From the IMG/VR virus record IMGVR_UViG_3300038406_000132, positions 1 to 43,369 of that record: 43,369 nt of DNA. One strand, 5' to 3'. Below, one piece after another: positions 24,505 to 33,308 of the stretch; position 1 is the stretch's first letter; every line of letters starts with the position of its first letter. Under the pieces are notes generated by a model. It saw nothing but the letters and a program-made list of their open reading frames with translations. It did no database searches and had not been told where the DNA came from. The stretch is from a virus. Taxonomy: Duplodnaviria > Caudoviricetes. The position numbers and the translations under genes are program-made.

Positions 24505-25125
24505 TTACGCCGTCCTCACCGTCTGCGGCAGCGAATATTCGCGGTGAATGAGGTCGGCGAAGCGATCGAGATCGACGACAAGCCGCTGCGCATAGGCGTC
24601 GTTGGCGTCCTTGACCTTGGCCTCGTCCTTGAGGAACTGTTCGGACTCGACCACGGCGGCATGGAACAGGAGTTCCGGCACGTTGGTTGAGATCCAGTTC
24701 GACGTGTTGGCGTCCGAAAGCGCTGCCACTCTGGTCAACTGGCGCAGTTCATAGGATTGCGAACTGGCGTTCGCCGGGGCCAGATAGAGCGTTGTGGCGC
24801 TGTCGTCATTGTAGAATTTCGGCGTAGCTGACCCGCCATATGCCTTGCAATAGGCCAGCGTGCGTTTTTCCGCAAATATCCCGGCGCTCGGGAAATACAG
24901 ATAGATGATCTTCATGCAGCCTGACGGCCGTGCAATCGAGGTTGCCGCCGCGCCGACTGTCGAACTTGTCGTCTCGTGCCAGATCTCCAGGTTGAGATCC
25001 ATCTGCACGCGGTCCTGCGCGCGGGCGATGATGTTGGCCTGCTGCGCGGTGTATTCCGCTGTCGTATCTTCCAGATAGTTCTGGAGTTCGGTCTTCAGCG
25101 ATGAGAAGGTTGACGAATAGGCCAT
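24505..25125 (-). CDS. tail tubular protein A / adaptor-like (206 aa)
   Basis: LSDANTSNWISTNVPELLFHAAVVE motif; position in the operon. Confidence 0.7.
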   Translation of the reverse strand: MAYSSTFSSLKTELQNYLEDTTAEYTAQQANIIARAQDRVQMDLNLEIWHETTSSTVGAAATSIARPSGCMKIIYLYFPSAGIFAEKRTLAYCKAYGGSATPKFYNDDSATTLYLAPANASSQSYELRQLTRVAALSDANTSNWISTNVPELLFHAAVVESEQFLKDEAKVKDANDAYAQRLVVDLDRFADLIHREYSLPQTVRTA

Positions 25126-25488
25126 CTATTGGCTCCACGGGCCTGTGCTGTAGCCGTCCACGCCGTAGCCGAGACCGGCATCGTCGGAGATGGTGATTGT
25201 GACGCCGGTCACTGCGGTTGATGCGGTCGGATTAGTCAGCGCGCTACCATCGCTCGGATCGCCCTGCTCGCCCTGCCGGACCGTCGTGCCGATCGAGGCG
25301 TATGGCGGAGCCGGTCTGCGGATAGGCAGGTCTGGGCCAATGGGTTTGAGGATCTTCTGCGGGTGCTCGTCGTCGGCATCGCGCGGCGCGACCAGCAGTC
25401 CCGGCAACTCGCCGTCTTCGACGAGTCGATGCAGGTAGACGCGGCGGCTCGTGCGCATGCAATACCCGAATACGCGTTGCTTCCGCAT
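25126..25488 (-). CDS. small virion-associated protein, paralog B
   Basis: GYCMRTSRRVYLHRLVEDGELPGLLVAPRDADDEHPQ; TGATG coupling. Confidence 0.75.
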   Translation of the reverse strand: MRKQRVFGYCMRTSRRVYLHRLVEDGELPGLLVAPRDADDEHPQKILKPIGPDLPIRRPAPPYASIGTTVRQGEQGDPSDGSALTNPTASTAVTGVTITISDDAGLGYGVDGYSTGPWSQ

Positions 25489-25799
25489 CAGCTCACCGTG
25501 ACCGTCACACCAGTGACAGCGGCAATGACCGCCGGATTAAGGATAGCCTGCCCGGTGAGGGGATCGCCATTATTGCCGATCTTGACCGTTGCGTGCTCGG
25601 CGTCGAGCGGCGGCGATGGCCGGGTCGGCGGCAGATCGGGCGGGATCTGCATCAGGCGCCGCTGCGGGTGCGGCTTGTCGGCGTCGTTGCGATTGACGAG
25701 AAGTCCGGGGATCTCGCCATCTTCGATGAGATCCGACAATTTGACCTTGCGCTCGGTGCGTTGGCAAACTCCCCAGGCCTTGCGGATGTAGAACGCCAT
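25488..25799 (-). CDS. small virion-associated protein, paralog A (103 aa)
   Basis: Start MAFYIRK with TGATG overlap and GGAGG SD; GVCQRTERKVKLSDLIEDGEIPGLLVNRNDADKPHPQ. Confidence 0.75.
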   Translation of the reverse strand: MAFYIRKAWGVCQRTERKVKLSDLIEDGEIPGLLVNRNDADKPHPQRRLMQIPPDLPPTRPSPPLDAEHATVKIGNNGDPLTGQAILNPAVIAAVTGVTVTVS

Positions 25800-26572
25800 C
25801 AGATGCGCCTCCGCCTGCGGGTCCATCGGCCGGAAAGCATGGTGTCGCCGTGGTTAGGCCCAGCCGTTGCCGCCCGGTCTTTCGCGATCTCATAGATGCC
25901 GGCAAGCATGGCGGTGCGATCCGGCGCGAACTTGATCGACAGATCGGCCGCAAGTCCGCATGCTACTGCATGGTGATATTCCAGCGCGATGTCGATGTCG
26001 TCGGACAGCCCGCTCGCATCCTGAATTCGCCGGACCCTGTAATAGACCAACGTGCTCGTCGCGCTCACAGTTGGCCACAGAACCAGCAAAGGCCGGTCCT
26101 GGTAGTTCAGGCTTGCCGTCTGCCCTCCCGGCTCCCACGTTGCCGCAGCGGTGTCTGAGATGTAGCTCAGCTCCGCCGGGATCTCACGGGTGACAAAATA
26201 CAGCGACGGTCTGCCCGATGTGCTGTTGGTCAGCAGCAATTCATGGTCATACCGATCCGTGCGCTGCAAGGGCTGGCGGATCGTCGAGCCCTCGACATAG
26301 ACGGCGTCGAGAACATCGATCGTTCCGGCAGGCAACTGGAACGCCTGATCGTCCGCAACGAGCGCTTGTGTTTCACGTGCAATCGCATAAGCTCTGGCAC
26401 GATAGCCGCAATCGTTTTCGATATCGCGGAAGACGAAGCCCATCGAACGGCGGGCGCTTTCGAGATGACGGTGGGAGAGTTCTGACGGCGAGACCCCCAC
26501 TCTCTCAAAAGCATCGTCGATGAACCCGGCAAAGTCCGGCGTCTCGCTGGTGTACGTCCCGGAGCTTGTCAT
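25799..26572 (-). CDS. head-tail adaptor / head completion protein (257 aa)
   Basis: MTSSGTY..IDDAFERVG..ARRSM, GRPSLYFV, LWP and AVACGLAADLS motifs. Confidence 0.75.
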   Translation of the reverse strand: MTSSGTYTSETPDFAGFIDDAFERVGVSPSELSHRHLESARRSMGFVFRDIENDCGYRARAYAIARETQALVADDQAFQLPAGTIDVLDAVYVEGSTIRQPLQRTDRYDHELLLTNSTSGRPSLYFVTREIPAELSYISDTAAATWEPGGQTASLNYQDRPLLVLWPTVSATSTLVYYRVRRIQDASGLSDDIDIALEYHHAVACGLAADLSIKFAPDRTAMLAGIYEIAKDRAATAGPNHGDTMLSGRWTRRRRRI

Positions 26573-26973
26573 CAGGATTTCTTGGCGTAAACGATGATCG
26601 TGCCGAAGTCGCCATCGGCCAGCCCGCTGGTTGTCAGCATCAGCTTGCCGGTGCCGTCAAGCGGATTTGACCGGTCTGTCAGTCCGCCGATCTCGGAGAA
26701 ATCCAACTGACTGGCATTGCTCTGCGAGAGCGTCCAGACCGGCGTGTCGCTGGTCAGATAATCGAATTCGAAGAAGGCATCGAAGCCTGAAAGATCGTAC
26801 CAGAGTTTTTCGATGCGAAGCGCCGGTTCCGGTGGCAAGGGTTTGTCGAAGCTGGTGGCGGGGTCGATGATGACCTCGTCCACCAGTTCGCCAGAGCCGT
26901 CACCGAACACCGAGACATGAAAGACCGCATTGCGCGGCCCGTCATGCATTTTGGTGATCGTGATTTGAGCCAT
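26572..26973 (-). CDS. virion structural protein (133 aa)
   Basis: Likely start MAQITITKMHDGPRNAV 5 nt after the previous stop; LDFSEIGGL and TGKLMLTT; the upstream part of ORF 26572..27447 is spurious. Confidence 0.75.
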   Translation of the reverse strand: MAQITITKMHDGPRNAVFHVSVFGDGSGELVDEVIIDPATSFDKPLPPEPALRIEKLWYDLSGFDAFFEFDYLTSDTPVWTLSQSNASQLDFSEIGGLTDRSNPLDGTGKLMLTTSGLADGDFGTIIVYAKKS

Positions 26974-26978
26974 TGGAT

Positions 26979-27506
26979 TTAGATTTTCACCTCGACCCAA
27001 GTGATAGCAGCAATGCCAAGCGCCGCCGTGGTCAGATAGGATAGCGACAGACAGCCGCCTGGCGGAATGATAATCGAACCATTGATTACTTCGTTGTATT
27101 TGGCGGGCGTGATCGAGCTGTTGGCAACCACGGCGGCCATGGGCCGAAGCCACAGGGGCGTCGACGCAAGCGTTGCCGCCGCATCCGCGCGACCGGCTGG
27201 CCCACCGGAGACGTTGCCTGAAGCGATCGCATTGTGGATCACCATAGGCGTTGTATGCGTAGTATCTGTCGTGCTGATTGCCGTATGGATAGCAATGCCG
27301 ACCACTGACGCGTTCGCCGGAACTGTGGACGGTGCGAAGCTGACCTGCTGGACGACAAGAAGCTTGCCAGACCCGTAGGTATTGGACAGCGCAAGACCCG
27401 TGCAGGTCGTGCTGACTGTCGAGAGTGTTACCGCACCCGCAGAGCAAGCGTGGTACATATTGCCCAAGCGGGCCTGTTCAAGAAACCAGTCTTGTGAAGC
27501 GGCCAT
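26979..27506 (-). CDS. virion structural protein (175 aa)
   Basis: GGAGG SD; Thr/Ala-rich beta protein; NGSIIIPPGGCLSL. Confidence 0.7.
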   Translation of the reverse strand: MAASQDWFLEQARLGNMYHACSAGAVTLSTVSTTCTGLALSNTYGSGKLLVVQQVSFAPSTVPANASVVGIAIHTAISTTDTTHTTPMVIHNAIASGNVSGGPAGRADAAATLASTPLWLRPMAAVVANSSITPAKYNEVINGSIIIPPGGCLSLSYLTTAALGIAAITWVEVKI

Positions 27507-27565
27507 CTGGCCCTCCTGTAATTAGGATAATTGTTGGGATTGACGGGCAGGAGATCTGCCATGCA

Positions 27566-28543
27566 TCAAGAGTCGGCGACCGCAATGCCCACACCACCCG
27601 TTGCTGCTGCCGCCGGATTGTTCGTAAACGCAGTGTCGCCCGCGTCGTACTCGGTTGCACCAACGAGCATGCAATCTTTCAGGAGAACGTTGCCGCCCGG
27701 CGATGCATTGATGCTCATGCCTTGCGTCATTGTCGTTCCCATGCTGTTGAATACGCAGTTGTCGAACAGCACGAACCGATCGATGCCGAGTGCGCCGATC
27801 GTGACGAACAACGCATCCGCCGAATCCAGGTGAGCCGGAAAAATGCAGTTCTCGAAGATATTGCGCGTCGAACCACCCGAAATCAGCAGTGACGAATTCG
27901 CCGCGCCGCGGGTCACGGTATCGAGACCGATTACGCAGTCCTTGAAGTAATTTTCGCCGAGGCCAGTTCCTGTGATCGTCAAGGAACGCCCGCCGACATG
28001 GTCCGCCGCCGTCTGGTTCCCCATGCCGCCGAAATGAACATTGTAGTAAGCATTGCGCTCACCGCCATCGACCCAGCAGATCTGCGCACTGTCATCATCA
28101 TAGCCGTGGAACGCATGGATGTTGGCGAACACGCAGCCGTCACCCGTGACGTTAACCAACGGGGTGAACTCGGTGCCGTCAGAGCGGATCGAGACGCGCT
28201 GAGAAACGCGGTTGTAAGCGAGGCCGACAATATGGCACTGGTCCTTCGACCACGCCAGCGTCGCGCCTTCGCGGACACCGATGGAGGAGCCGGAGCCCGA
28301 TGCTATATTTGCGTTCGTGCCCGTGACAGAACCGATGACGATCGCCACGTCATTGCGGTTCGATGTCATGAGCGAATGCGCTTTCGAGAGCGTCGCCAGA
28401 GCACGGCTCGGCTTGTCGCCACGCTGGCCGTCAGAACCATTGAGCTGATCGACAAAGAACACTTTCGAGTTCTTGCCGAAGGGAATTCCTGGAAGCAGGG
28501 GAACGCCGCCGAGGGCGAACACCATATCCTGATGTGTCGTCAT
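27566..28543 (-). CDS. beta-helix (pectin-lyase-like) virion protein, possible head fibre/decoration (325 aa)
   Basis: VFFVDQLNGSDGQRGDKPSRALATLSKA motif and repeated N-x-F-x-x-C-x-F strands. Confidence 0.7.
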   Translation of the reverse strand: MTTHQDMVFALGGVPLLPGIPFGKNSKVFFVDQLNGSDGQRGDKPSRALATLSKAHSLMTSNRNDVAIVIGSVTGTNANIASGSGSSIGVREGATLAWSKDQCHIVGLAYNRVSQRVSIRSDGTEFTPLVNVTGDGCVFANIHAFHGYDDDSAQICWVDGGERNAYYNVHFGGMGNQTAADHVGGRSLTITGTGLGENYFKDCVIGLDTVTRGAANSSLLISGGSTRNIFENCIFPAHLDSADALFVTIGALGIDRFVLFDNCVFNSMGTTMTQGMSINASPGGNVLLKDCMLVGATEYDAGDTAFTNNPAAAATGGVGIAVADS

Positions 28544-28626
28544 TTTCAGTCTCCGAAGAACGGCATGGCAGCCGGAGCAGCAAGGGCTGACGGATAAGTC
28601 CCCACCATGCGGTGATGAATGGATGG

Positions 28627-28656
28627 AAAGAAAAAGGGAGCCCGGAGGCTCCCTTT
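28627..28656 (-). terminator. intrinsic terminator after the major capsid gene
   Basis: GGGAGCC-TCCG-GGCTCCC followed by TTTTTCTTT on the minus strand. Confidence 0.85.
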
Positions 28657-28677
28657 ACGCACTCGATGTTACAGAAC

Positions 28678-29580
28678 TCAGGCGCCGGGCACGCCGAAAA
28701 GCGAGCGCGGATTCGTCACGCCGAAGGAATAGCGTTCCGTAGCCTTGTAACGCATGTTGCCGGTCTCGAAGTCGCCTTCGATGCCGCGCTTGACGGGACG
28801 GCGCTGGAAGTGCTTGGCCCCGTCCGGAACATCCGTGGTGAAGAACCAGCTATCGGCGTCCGACAGATAATCATTGACGCAGAAGCCATCCCTGATGACG
28901 TTCATGTCCTTCACGGCGTTGGGGTCATTGTCCGCCGTGCCGACACGCTTGGTGGAGTTCAGGATGCGCTGGGCGTTGTAGATTTCCGCCCGAGGCACGA
29001 CCAGTTTCTTGACCTGGCACATGATCGGGATGCCGCGGTCATCGACGAATTCGCCGATCTGGATGGTTGCATCTTCAATGGACGCTTCCGCCAGGTCAGC
29101 CGCCGATAGCGTGTTGGAGAACACACCGCCGCCCCACAGAGGATGGGATGCGTTGAACACGGACACGGCATCGCCGGTCAGATATGTGGAGAAGCCGTCA
29201 TTGAGCACTTCCGCGCCGTTCACTTCCTTGGTAAACTGCAGGGAGCGCGCGAGCGACTTGGCGTATTTTGCGCCGATATCACCATAGAGATTGTCTTCCA
29301 TGGCTTCTTCGGTGAGCGCAAACGCCAGACCGATCGTGTCGTGGTTGTAACGCGCCGTCCAGCTTTCGCCACCTTCGTCATAGGTGATGGCAGAGCCTTC
29401 AGGTTTGTTGACAGCGCCACCCAGACCGACGAGGAGTTGATCTTCCTCGAACGCCTTCACGGACTTTTCGACCGTGTAGACTTCACGCCACTGTTCGGGG
29501 TAACGCTTGTATTCCATACCGAAAACAGTGTTCAGGCCATCCTGAAGCTGTTTGCGGAATTGTGCGCGAGTCATTGCCAT
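28678..29580 (-). CDS. major capsid protein (HK97 fold, Mu gpT-like family), 300 aa
   Basis: TRAQFRKQLQDGLN, KPEGSAITYD, TEEAMEDNLY, KLVVP and DFETGNMRYKATERYSFG; GGAGG SD; downstream terminator. Confidence 0.92.
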   Translation of the reverse strand: MAMTRAQFRKQLQDGLNTVFGMEYKRYPEQWREVYTVEKSVKAFEEDQLLVGLGGAVNKPEGSAITYDEGGESWTARYNHDTIGLAFALTEEAMEDNLYGDIGAKYAKSLARSLQFTKEVNGAEVLNDGFSTYLTGDAVSVFNASHPLWGGGVFSNTLSAADLAEASIEDATIQIGEFVDDRGIPIMCQVKKLVVPRAEIYNAQRILNSTKRVGTADNDPNAVKDMNVIRDGFCVNDYLSDADSWFFTTDVPDGAKHFQRRPVKRGIEGDFETGNMRYKATERYSFGVTNPRSLFGVPGA

Positions 29581-29584
29581 TGGA

Positions 29585-30187
29585 TTAGACCTCCGCTACA
29601 ACGGCGGCAGGACCGCGCTGATGTCTGAAAGGACGAACCTCGACGATCGCAAAGGCTCCAGTCGTGGAAGGACCGTGACCGGAATCGGATCGTGCAGGTT
29701 CGGCGAGGATGGCGGTGATCTGGAACTGGTTCTCAGATCCACCCGTCACCAAAGCGGCGTAGGACTTTCCTGTCGCCGTGTTGCCTGCCGGGCTCGGATA
29801 GGTGTCAAGGTCGGCGAACTGCCCAATAGCTGCCTGCGTGACAGATGTGTCGATCTGCATCTTGACGTAGATATTGGGGTCGTCATTGATCAGGGCGGTT
29901 GCATCGGCGGAGTCCAGGGTTACCTGCCCTGACGCCCACTGGTTCGCATAGATCTGCTCGCCAGCGACATTCCGATACTGCACGCTCTTGAAGATCCCAA
30001 GGACCAGGGCCGAAGAACCGGCCGTCGCCTTGTCGATCGTGCCATCCGCTGCCATTGCGACCCAATCACCTTCGAAGATGTTTGAGGCAAGGGCGGATGC
30101 GATGGGATAGGCATTCAGCCTTCCCGAGGTGCCGCCAGAACTATGTCGCGTGACAATAGCCCCGAACGGCGCGTCAATATTTGCCAT
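29585..30187 (-). CDS. capsid decoration/cement-like protein (200 aa)
   Basis: MANIDAPFG..NIFEGD..DDPN motifs; directly upstream of the MCP. Confidence 0.75.
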   Translation of the reverse strand: MANIDAPFGAIVTRHSSGGTSGRLNAYPIASALASNIFEGDWVAMAADGTIDKATAGSSALVLGIFKSVQYRNVAGEQIYANQWASGQVTLDSADATALINDDPNIYVKMQIDTSVTQAAIGQFADLDTYPSPAGNTATGKSYAALVTGGSENQFQITAILAEPARSDSGHGPSTTGAFAIVEVRPFRHQRGPAAVVAEV

Positions 30188-30200
30188 GTTTCAGATTTCC

Positions 30201-30857
30201 TTAATCGTCTTGAAGAACAGGGCGTCTGCCCCGCTCGATCTCACGACGTTCCTCGATGTGGATCGGAGGAAGGCCGCGCCGCATGTTCTTTGTATTCTGG
30301 CTGGTGATTGCCTCGGACACGGCCGCCTTCTGGCGTTGAACCTTTGCCCGGACGGCTTGCCGCGCACGCTCGCTCAATTGAATTGGGCGTTCGCAAAGCA
30401 TCATCCCGCCGACATAGATGCAGTCGGGACCGGAGGAATGCTTCATGACAGGGTAGAAATGCTGATGCTCCGGAATGGTGGACGGATCGCGCGGCATCCA
30501 GCCCATGCGTCTCTGCTTCTGCAGATTCATGAGATCCTGGTTGTCGCGGTTTTCGCACCTGATCCAGCGTTGATCGAACCCTGCCCGCGGCTCCGGAGTC
30601 TTCAGGTTCCGCCGCGAGAAATCGATATCCCAGCCCGGATGCATCGGAGCGTCACTGTCGCCCTCATGCATGCCGTGCATGGTCAGTTCATTCCCGTGGA
30701 TGGAGCTGTAGTCTCCTGCCTGGCCATAATACAAACCGTCAGCTTTCCCAGCGTGCTGACTATTCGGTTCCGAACCCATCGGTTCCTGCGGCGCATCCTG
30801 AAGCCGGTCTTCCCCCTGGGCGGGGATGTCTTGTGATTTCGTCTGTGCTCGTGCCAT
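30201..30857 (-). CDS. conserved head-module protein (218 aa)
   Basis: PEPRAGFDQRWIR..GW..VGGMMLCERP motif; between scaffold and capsid genes. Confidence 0.75.
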   Translation of the reverse strand: MARAQTKSQDIPAQGEDRLQDAPQEPMGSEPNSQHAGKADGLYYGQAGDYSSIHGNELTMHGMHEGDSDAPMHPGWDIDFSRRNLKTPEPRAGFDQRWIRCENRDNQDLMNLQKQRRMGWMPRDPSTIPEHQHFYPVMKHSSGPDCIYVGGMMLCERPIQLSERARQAVRAKVQRQKAAVSEAITSQNTKNMRRGLPPIHIEERREIERGRRPVLQDD

Positions 30858-30862
30858 GATTT

Positions 30863-31864
30863 TTAGCCTCGCATATAGGGTGTGCGGTTCGCCTTGTTGC
30901 GGGCGAACTCTTTGAGCGTGTCCTTATTGGACGTATCGAGCTTCAAATTCCTCATCATGCGGAGGTCTTCGGCAGTGAGCTGAACCTTGTTGCTCTGGTT
31001 TGGAGCGGAGCCATTCGATGGCTTGGCGCCTGCAACGGGTGAACCTTTCCCGCCGCCGCGCTGCCGCTGGCCCGATGCCGGCGGCTTGCCATCGATATGG
31101 CGCACGCCGAGGCTGGGAAACTCCTTGTTCATCCGTCTCGTCATCTCCTTGTAATAGTCTTCCGTTTGCGGGTTGCGGCCGGACGCTGCCATCTCCCTAT
31201 CGAGTTCCTTCAGGAACGCGAGATGTCCGCGCTTGGCTGGGTCATTCATCCAGGCGGCGTTGTGCGCCTGCCAGCGGGCGGCGAGCTGGCCCTGTGCCCT
31301 GACGCCGCCTGCTCCAGCTTCCGCCCCTGTGGCGCGAGCCTGCGGCTTCTCAGGCTCTTTCTCGGCGTTGGCCTTGACAGTCTGAATGCTCTTGCGGATA
31401 TGATCGATCTGGTCGATCTGGCGCTTGAGGGCGATTTCCTCGCCCGCCTCGCCGTCGTCGCGGGCGCGCTTCAGCTTGTCGGCAAGCGCTTCTTCCTTGG
31501 AGTTCAGGCTTTCCAGCGTGATGTCCGCCATCGTGGCGATGTGCTTGCGGCCTTCAGAACTGGATTTAAAAGAGGTCTCTTCCTGCTCGGCCAGCTTGCT
31601 CTGAAGCTCGGTGAGCTGGGCAACGAGGGTGGCGCGCTCGGCATCGGCTGCGAGCGGCTCGTCTTCTTCCTCGTCCTGCTCTTCCTCGTCGTCACCCTTG
31701 CCGTTGGCTTTCGCCTTCGGGTCAGCCTCGACAGGATCGTCGTCGAAAAGCTGGAACGGCAGGCCGGCATCGTCATCGATCTCGACTTCTGGATCGAGAT
31801 TGAGAACGCCATCGGGCAGGTCTACGAAATCGTCGTCGTCGAGTACGCGTTCTTTAGGTGCCAT
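30863..31864 (-). CDS. capsid scaffolding protein (333 aa)
   Basis: Acidic N-terminus, coiled coil, PQTEDYYKEM..RM..EFP and C-terminal VQLTAEDLRM..EFARNK. Confidence 0.75.
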   Translation of the reverse strand: MAPKERVLDDDDFVDLPDGVLNLDPEVEIDDDAGLPFQLFDDDPVEADPKAKANGKGDDEEEQDEEEDEPLAADAERATLVAQLTELQSKLAEQEETSFKSSSEGRKHIATMADITLESLNSKEEALADKLKRARDDGEAGEEIALKRQIDQIDHIRKSIQTVKANAEKEPEKPQARATGAEAGAGGVRAQGQLAARWQAHNAAWMNDPAKRGHLAFLKELDREMAASGRNPQTEDYYKEMTRRMNKEFPSLGVRHIDGKPPASGQRQRGGGKGSPVAGAKPSNGSAPNQSNKVQLTAEDLRMMRNLKLDTSNKDTLKEFARNKANRTPYMRG

Positions 31865-31865
31865 G

Positions 31866-31886
31866 AAAAAACCCGCATAAAGCGGG
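31866..31886 (-). terminator. terminator-like hairpin abutting the scaffold start
   Basis: CCCGC-TTTAT-GCGGG followed by TTTTTT then CATG on the minus strand. Confidence 0.55.
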
Positions 31887-31915
31887 CTCCTTGCTGTTAG
31901 ATTGTTGCGTGTGCG

Positions 31916-32347
31916 CTAGACGTAGAAAACGTACTGCCCAGCGGTCTCTTCATCGACGAACGACGTGATCCAGTCGTCATTGATAACGAGAATGTTCGCG
32001 CCCTTGAACTTGTAGCGGTGCGGCGAACGGGAGGCGTAGATGATCAGATCGCCGACCTTCGGCGTGTCTTCTTCGGAGAGACCGAGTTCTTTCCAGCGCG
32101 GGTGCTTGAAAGCGCATGGACCCATTGCTACAATGCGGCCGATGCAGTTCAACCAGTTCTGGGCGTCCACGCTTTCATCGGGGAGGTAGATCACCGCGCC
32201 GCCGCTGGTCTTGATCTCCTTCTTCGGCTTCACCGGCATAACCAGGATCTTGTAGCCGAATGGCTTGCCGATCCCGGAGGGGATCTCATCGGTCAGATCG
32301 TTCAGCCCGAAATCGTCTTGCGGCAGTGTGATAGTGAGATTACTCAT
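31916..32347 (-). CDS. groES: GroES-like co-chaperonin (Cpn10)
   Basis: KPFGYKILV..KTSGG..IYLPD..GRIVAMGP..KVGDLIIY..ILVINDDWI matches the Cpn10 pattern. Confidence 0.85.
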   Translation of the reverse strand: MSNLTITLPQDDFGLNDLTDEIPSGIGKPFGYKILVMPVKPKKEIKTSGGAVIYLPDESVDAQNWLNCIGRIVAMGPCAFKHPRWKELGLSEEDTPKVGDLIIYASRSPHRYKFKGANILVINDDWITSFVDEETAGQYVFYV

Positions 32348-32705
32348 TGGCGCTCTTCTCCTCGTCGATGATTTCGATCATCATTGCGGCCTGCACGGAG
32401 AACAGTTCCCACAGTCTGCACGTGGACGGAGGAATGTAAAATGCTGCCGGATAACAGACATCGATGCCGAGATATTGCGGTACGCCTGGGCTGACTTCAG
32501 CCTCCGGGTCTAGACCAAGGTTCGAGCAAAGCCGCATTGCAAGTCGTCTGATACGATCACCCCTTGCCTTCTCTGCCATAAGTTCGGCATAGCGCGGGTG
32601 GCCTTCGGCAATCACCTCGCCGGTACCGAAATCGGTAAATGCACCCTCTACTCTCAGTGCGGCCATCCCGAAACCTTCGAGTACGTCCTGCTTCAAGATC
32701 TTCAC
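32340..32705 (-). CDS. hypothetical protein (121 aa), N-terminus paralogous to 35769..36074
   Basis: GAGGA SD; GFG..EG.F.DF.TG.V...G.P.Y motif. Confidence 0.7.
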   Translation of the reverse strand: MKILKQDVLEGFGMAALRVEGAFTDFGTGEVIAEGHPRYAELMAEKARGDRIRRLAMRLCSNLGLDPEAEVSPGVPQYLGIDVCYPAAFYIPPSTCRLWELFSVQAAMMIEIIDEEKSANE

Positions 32706-32906
32706 TCATTCGTCCTCATCATCATAACGTTTACGGAATGCTTCCTTGATTTCAGATTCGGCGGCTTCGAGAGCGTGAAGCTTGCCGGTCAGGTAGCGGT
32801 AATGGGCGAAATCGGAGCACGTGCCTTTAAGGATCACCTCGCGGTGGCGGTCCATTTCGTGCTCAAGGACCGCGTAGCAGAGATTGGCGATGTCGATGTC
32901 AGCCAT
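32706..32906 (-). CDS. conserved small head-module protein (66 aa)
   Basis: GTCSDFAHYRYLTGKLHAL motif typical upstream of phage GroES genes; coupled to neighbours. Confidence 0.75.
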   Translation of the reverse strand: MADIDIANLCYAVLEHEMDRHREVILKGTCSDFAHYRYLTGKLHALEAAESEIKEAFRKRYDDEDE

Positions 32907-33133
32907 CAGTTCGCTTCGCCTTCCACAGTAAGCGGCTGGATTTCAACGGTGACATCGGCGCGCTGCTGATCGAGCATCTGCTTTTCAAGCTCTGCAATCT
33001 CTGCGGCCGTCGTGTCCATGTGGCGCTGGTATTTGTCGCGCTCCTTCTCGAAATACTCAAGGCTCCACTGAGCACGGCTCAGTCTTTGCTCAGGTGTCGG
33101 ATCGTCCGGCTCTGACCGGTGGCTCGCGCCCAT
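32906..33133 (-). CDS. small coiled-coil protein (75 aa)
   Basis: TGATG coupling; helical composition. Confidence 0.6.
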   Translation of the reverse strand: MGASHRSEPDDPTPEQRLSRAQWSLEYFEKERDKYQRHMDTTAAEIAELEKQMLDQQRADVTVEIQPLTVEGEAN

Positions 33134-33308
33134 CTTTTTCTTCCCATATGGTTTTCCACAACTCGGCGAACGTCAGCGCCATGTCCTTGGCCGTCCCGGC
33201 GAACTCATCCGGCGGCACCGTCCTTGCGCCGCGCTTGTAGAGGAACGCTCTGGCTTGGCGGACCTCGGCGCTAGTTGGGCGCGACCCCGTCTGTCGGAAG
33301 GTTGGCAA
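33090..33308 (-). CDS. hypothetical protein (72 aa)
   Basis: Fills the gap after the portal; GGAG upstream of TTG. Confidence 0.5.
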   Translation of the reverse strand: MPTFRQTGSRPTSAEVRQARAFLYKRGARTVPPDEFAGTAKDMALTFAELWKTIWEEKDGREPPVRAGRSDT

